In this document: piece by piece, positions 61,759 through 64,000 of the stretch
Numbering within the stretch: the stretch's first letter is position 1
Layout of the letters: each line of letters opens with the position of its first letter
NCBI GenBank assembly: GCA_963841435.1
Contig: CAWJCS010000005.1
Coordinates: 1,216,001 to 1,280,000 of the forward strand
Direction of reading: 5' to 3'
Source: an uncultured delta proteobacterium
GTDB taxonomy: Bacteria > Myxococcota_A > Polyangia > Polyangiales > Polyangiaceae
Length of the DNA: 64,000 bases
Program-made: the position numbers and the translations under genes
The notes under the pieces: generated by a model
Told to the model about the DNA's origin: nothing
Databases searched by the model: none
The model's input: the letters and a program-made list of their open reading frames with translations, nothing else

Positions 61759-62724
61759 ATGCCCTTCAGATGCAATCTTCAGGGGTTGCACGTCGCATCG
61801 CTCGACCTCGGCTCGAACTCGTTCCACCTGCTCGTCGGCCGGAGGGGGTGGGATGGTCGCATCGAAAAGGTGGGCTCGAAGAAGGCGACGCGGAGGCTGG
61901 GGGCATCGGTCGCCGAGTACGGCCTCATCCCGCCGGGACCCTTCGAGCAGGCGCTCGGCACGCTCTCGGAGATGGCGGCGCTCGCGAGAACCTACCGCGC
62001 CCATCGCTTCGCCGCCGTCGGCACGAGCGCGCTCCGGGACGCGACGAACGGCGACGACTTCGTGCACGAGGCGCTCACCCGGCATGGTGTGCGCGTGGAG
62101 ATCCTCTCGGGTGAGGACGAGGGGCGCTTCGCCTACGAGGGCGCGCGTCACCAGCTCGCCGAGCTTCCCCACCGCGTCGCCGTGCTCGATCTCGGCGGCA
62201 GCTCGCTCGAGGTCGCGATCGGCGACGGTCGGAGCTGCTTCTTCGTCGAGAGCCTGCCGCTCGGATTCTTGCGCCTCATGCGAAAGCTCGAGGCTCCCGG
62301 ACCGATCGACCGTCGGCTCGCTCGCAAGGTGAGCGAGCACGTGCGTTCGTGCCTCGCGCCGATCGTCGAGCGCGTCCGCGGATTCGCCCCGCAAGCTTGG
62401 CTCCTCAGCGGCGGCACGGCGCGAGGATTGCGCGCGCTCAACGTCGAGCGCGATGGCGTGGCGAGCACGAGCACGCTCGTCTCTCTCGCGAACGAGCTCT
62501 CTCCGCTGCCGTCTGCGAGACTCGAGTCGACGGGTGTCGATGCGGGACGGGCGCCGACAATCGGTCTCGGGTTGCTCGTCTACGCCCAGGCCCTGGATTT
62601 CTTCGGCGTGGATGAAATCTCGATCTCGCCGGGGGGTCTTCGCGAGGGCATCGTGCTCCGAGAGCTTCGCGCATCGCGGAAATCGGGCAATCGTCCGGGC
62701 GCAGCCTGGACGCGGCCCGCCTAG
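61759..62724 (+). CDS. ppx: Ppx/GppA-family exopolyphosphatase (short form)
   Basis: SLDLGSNSFHL, GTSALRDATN, LSGEDEG, LDLGGSSLE, GGLREG; start may be TTG 61786. Confidence 0.85.
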   Translation: MPFRCNLQGLHVASLDLGSNSFHLLVGRRGWDGRIEKVGSKKATRRLGASVAEYGLIPPGPFEQALGTLSEMAALARTYRAHRFAAVGTSALRDATNGDDFVHEALTRHGVRVEILSGEDEGRFAYEGARHQLAELPHRVAVLDLGGSSLEVAIGDGRSCFFVESLPLGFLRLMRKLEAPGPIDRRLARKVSEHVRSCLAPIVERVRGFAPQAWLLSGGTARGLRALNVERDGVASTSTLVSLANELSPLPSARLESTGVDAGRAPTIGLGLLVYAQALDFFGVDEISISPGGLREGIVLRELRASRKSGNRPGAAWTRPA

Positions 62725-62805
62725 GGCACGTCCTCTAGCTCACGACCGCTCGTGCGGGCGGAGCGTCCGTGAGCGACGAGAAAGCCGAGGCGACACTTGA
62801 GAAGC

Positions 62806-63633
62806 ATGAAAAGGATCAGCGCTCTCGCGCTCGTGGTCGGACTCGTGGGTGCCTGTCAGGTCAACACGGGAGAAGAACCGGGCACGGGCGTTCCGGGCGG
62901 AAGCGGCGGCGCCGGGGGCGGGGCCGGCACCGCCGGGACGCCGCCAGCGACCGGCGGCAGCTCGGGCAGCGCCGGAGCTGCGACGGGCGGAGGAGGAGCC
63001 GGTGGCTCTGCGGGCTCGGTCGCGGGCGGGGCGGGCCGCGGTGGCATGGCGGGGACGGGCGCAGGCGGCATGACGAGCGGCGGCAGGGCCGGCAGCGGGA
63101 GCTCGGGGGCCGGGATGTCGGCGGGCGGGACGGCGGCCGGGGGCTCGGGCGGTGCCGCGGCGGGCAGCGCCGGAACGAGCAGCTGCGCGGGCGACATCCG
63201 CTGCCAGCTCGATCCCCTGCCGAGCACGGGCGATGTTTACCAAGACTGCGTCAACCGCATCAATCAGTTCCGCGCGGAGTGTGCCTGCTTGCCCCCGCTC
63301 GAACGCTGGACCGACGGCGAAGCATGCGCCGATCAGATGGCGGAATACGACAGCATGCAGGCCTCGGCGCACGCCGGCTTCATCGACGGTATCTGCAGCG
63401 GGGGCTCCGCGCAGAACGAATGTCCCGGGTGGCGCAGCGAGGCGCAGGTCGTCGAAGGCTGCCTGCAATCGATGTGGGACGAAGGTCCGCCCCCCACCTC
63501 GACCTGCAACGGCGCCTGCTTTCAGATGTACGGCCACTTCATCAACATGACCGATACCCGGTACACGAAAGTGGCGTGCGGCTTCTATACTGCGGGCAAC
63601 GAAGTCTGGGCCGTTCAGAACTTCTCGCGCTGA
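62806..63633 (+). CDS. CAP/SCP-domain lipoprotein with a Gly/Ser linker
   Basis: Lipobox VGAC; INQFRA...PPL; QNE; MWDEG; YGHFINM...YTKVACG; AVQNF. Confidence 0.8.
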   Translation: MKRISALALVVGLVGACQVNTGEEPGTGVPGGSGGAGGGAGTAGTPPATGGSSGSAGAATGGGGAGGSAGSVAGGAGRGGMAGTGAGGMTSGGRAGSGSSGAGMSAGGTAAGGSGGAAAGSAGTSSCAGDIRCQLDPLPSTGDVYQDCVNRINQFRAECACLPPLERWTDGEACADQMAEYDSMQASAHAGFIDGICSGGSAQNECPGWRSEAQVVEGCLQSMWDEGPPPTSTCNGACFQMYGHFINMTDTRYTKVACGFYTAGNEVWAVQNFSR

Positions 63634-63729
63634 CGGCGATGCTCGCCCTCGGCTTTTCCCACCGTGCGCCGCCGAACAGCGCGTCCTCGTTTCGGAAGGC
63701 GTCGTCGAAACCCGAAGGACCAGCGCGCC

Positions 63730-64000
63730 CTATCCGGCCGGCTTGAGCGCAGCCATGCGCTTCTTCATTTCCTTCGGCGTGACGTCCTCGACGTGCGTCG
63801 CGATCGACCAGCGATTGCCGAATGGATCCTCGATGCGCCCGAAGCGATCGCCCCAGAACTGGTTTTCCACCGGCATGAGCACGGTGGCGCCGGCCTTCAC
63901 TGCCTTCTTGAACGTCTTGTCAACCTTCTCCACGTACAGAAACAGATTCGTGGGTCGCGCGGGCTCACGCACCGAATCCGAAAGAATCAAGAGCGAGTCC
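63730..64000 (-). CDS. VOC/glyoxalase (PhnB-like) protein, C-terminal part (start outside the window)
   Basis: LYVEKVD..FKKAVKAGA..MPVENQFWGDRFGRIEDPFGNRWSIAT. Confidence 0.85.
   Translation of the reverse strand, partial: DSLLILSDSVREPARPTNLFLYVEKVDKTFKKAVKAGATVLMPVENQFWGDRFGRIEDPFGNRWSIATHVEDVTPKEMKKRMAALKPAG

Overview
Very GC-rich bacterial DNA whose gene content points to a myxobacterium, probably Polyangiaceae/Sorangiineae-like (inference from a MYXO-CTERM tail, Myxococcus Cys-rich repeats, a fibro-slime domain and many Gly/Ser-linker lipoproteins). About 47 genes and remnants can be supported. Housekeeping genes include a ybdL-like aminotransferase, leuC/leuD, pntA/pntB and a Ppx/GppA phosphatase. 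Three things stand out. (1) A ~29-kb xylan/glucan utilisation region (GH44, GH10, GH3, GH67, GH30, a sugar ABC transporter and regulators) with no TonB-dependent SusC/SusD pair. Its core is a five-gene operon: two paralogous LamB-like porins (N-terminal FDFHG/FNWRG, C-terminal MWW) and three CBM11-like lipoproteins. (2) A HUH/Y1 REP-associated tyrosine transposase flanked on both sides by unusual direct tandem hairpin arrays. (3) Two copies of a four-gene module: outer-membrane protein, ECF sigma factor, single-TM anti-sigma and lipoprotein. There are also two gene remnants (rspA/manD and DUF393) and four apparent single-site frameshifts that may be assembly indels. All family calls come from motif recognition by eye; no searches were run.
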